A stretch of 32,840 bases of DNA from the IMG/VR virus record IMGVR_UViG_3300031760_000343, one strand, 5' to 3'. Every line of letters starts with the position of its first letter. The stretch's first letter is position 1. The notes below the pieces were generated by a model. The model saw only the letters and a list, made by a program, of their open reading frames with translations, was not told the DNA's origin and did not search any database. The position numbers and the translations under genes are program-made. Shown one piece after another: positions 31,874 to 32,840 of the stretch. The stretch is from a virus.

Positions 31874-32791
31874 ATGGCTGCTACAGGCTCAGGAACACAG
31901 ATGGATCCGTATATCGTCGGTAACTGGGACGATTTTCTCACAGTCTGCAACATAAGCTCCACAACGTATATCGTATGGGACGATGCTGAGGATAAAGTTG
32001 TTGACTTTAACGAAATCAATCCACAAGGATTCACAGAAACCATAGCAATGAAAGGCATCATCGACTTCAACGGTTGGGAGTTGAGGAACTTTTACAGCAC
32101 AGCTCAAATAGCTTTTCAGCTCGGCAACGGCTATTCAGAAGCTGCACAAAGCCTGTCGAATCTGCGAATAACCAACGCAAGACATGATTCACAGAATACA
32201 AACCAGCATGAGTTTATCCGAATTTTTACAAATGACTATTCTGCACTTGACAACGTTACAATATCGCTGGAATTCAGCGCTGAAAACTACAGTTTCATTG
32301 TAACGCCCGGAAGAAAAGTAACGCTTAATCAATTCGGCTCGTACGTGTATGGTATAGCAAATACGTCATTTGTATATACACGTTCTCTGTCTAATTACGG
32401 TTCATTCGATATCAAGCATAGCAGACTACATATGGATGTGCAAGATAAGAGCACCGTGTCAAGCGATTCAGAGCATATGTTCAGAATGACCACACTCTAC
32501 AACAGCATCGTATCAGGTACATATCTGAGAGATGGCACAGGAGATGGCAAGCTCTTAATAGGCACAACGGCAAGCGCACTCAACGTCATAAGACTACAGA
32601 CGAACAAGGGCGTGAAATATAACGGTTCCGGGATATCTCTGAAAATCGACCGCGACTACACGGGAGACATAGTCCGCCCGAACATTGCGACATGGGACGA
32701 GCATGTTCTCGTCGTTAACGAAACCCAGTCCAGGACGCAACAGGAAGAGATCCTCGCTGCCGGATTCCCACTGCATAAAGCTGTTGATTAG
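31874..32791 (+). CDS. Beta-helix-like tail accessory protein between Dit and Tal
   Basis: 305 aa. The N-terminus GSGTQMDPYIVGNWDDF resembles the start of right-handed beta-helix/GLUG-type proteins. Short beta-strand periodicity follows. The gene is A/T-richer by eye. Its last 78 nt are duplicated at 1..78. Confidence 0.6.
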   Translation: MAATGSGTQMDPYIVGNWDDFLTVCNISSTTYIVWDDAEDKVVDFNEINPQGFTETIAMKGIIDFNGWELRNFYSTAQIAFQLGNGYSEAAQSLSNLRITNARHDSQNTNQHEFIRIFTNDYSALDNVTISLEFSAENYSFIVTPGRKVTLNQFGSYVYGIANTSFVYTRSLSNYGSFDIKHSRLHMDVQDKSTVSSDSEHMFRMTTLYNSIVSGTYLRDGTGDGKLLIGTTASALNVIRLQTNKGVKYNGSGISLKIDRDYTGDIVRPNIATWDEHVLVVNETQSRTQQEEILAAGFPLHKAVD

Positions 32792-32840
32792 GCGGTGAGC
32801 ATATGGATACACACACATATAGTACGCCGCCTATGGAGAA
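32714..32840. repeat. Terminal direct repeat, copy 2 (identical to 1..127)
   Basis: Exact 127-bp match to the start of the window. Confidence 0.9.

Overview
The window is a complete, circularly closed phage genome. Bases 1..127 are repeated exactly at 32714..32840, so the unique length is 32,713 bp. It is a siphovirus-type phage with an HK97-like head. GGAGG-type ribosome-binding sites, a GH25 endolysin and a TP901-type tape measure suggest a Gram-positive, Firmicutes/Clostridia-like host (inference). Gene order across the junction:

- **Tail tip and lysis:** Tal-like protein, tail fiber, holin, endolysin (90..3842).
- **Intergenic region:** an A/T-rich stretch with a consensus leftward promoter (3884..4108).
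- **Leftward lysogeny operon:** CI/LexA-type repressor plus an unknown 134-aa gene (4133..5186).
- **Switch:** divergent promoters and repeated operators (5204..5372), then a Cro-like gene.
- **Early region:** many tiny ORFs, including two leftward cassettes driven by near-identical promoters (5624..8921).
- **Recombination and replication:** SbcC/Rad50-like ATPase, PD-(D/E)XK exonuclease, ERCC4 nuclease, SSB, and a lambda-O-like initiator with internal iterons (8925..13723).
- **More small ORFs:** these include a radical SAM enzyme coupled to a truncated Mrr-like nuclease (13737..17835).
- **Late and packaging genes:** late activator, a tRNA(CAT), HNH endonuclease, terS (P27 type), terL.
- **Head and tail genes:** portal, prohead protease, major capsid protein, connectors, major tail protein, G/G-T chaperones with a -1 slippery site, tape measure and Dit.
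- **Last gene before the junction:** a beta-helix-like protein.

The most unusual observations are these:

1. The portal gene ends in a DUF4258/BrnT-like toxin-type domain. An immunity-like ORF follows, and the cassette has its own embedded consensus promoter and terminator.
2. There is a full temperate-type switch but no recognisable integrase, partition or telomere gene.
3. A radical SAM gene is translationally coupled to a mini Mrr-like nuclease gene.
4. The lysis/lysogeny intergenic region and the early region contain small leftward promoter-terminator units.

All functional calls rest on motif recognition by eye. No database search was run.
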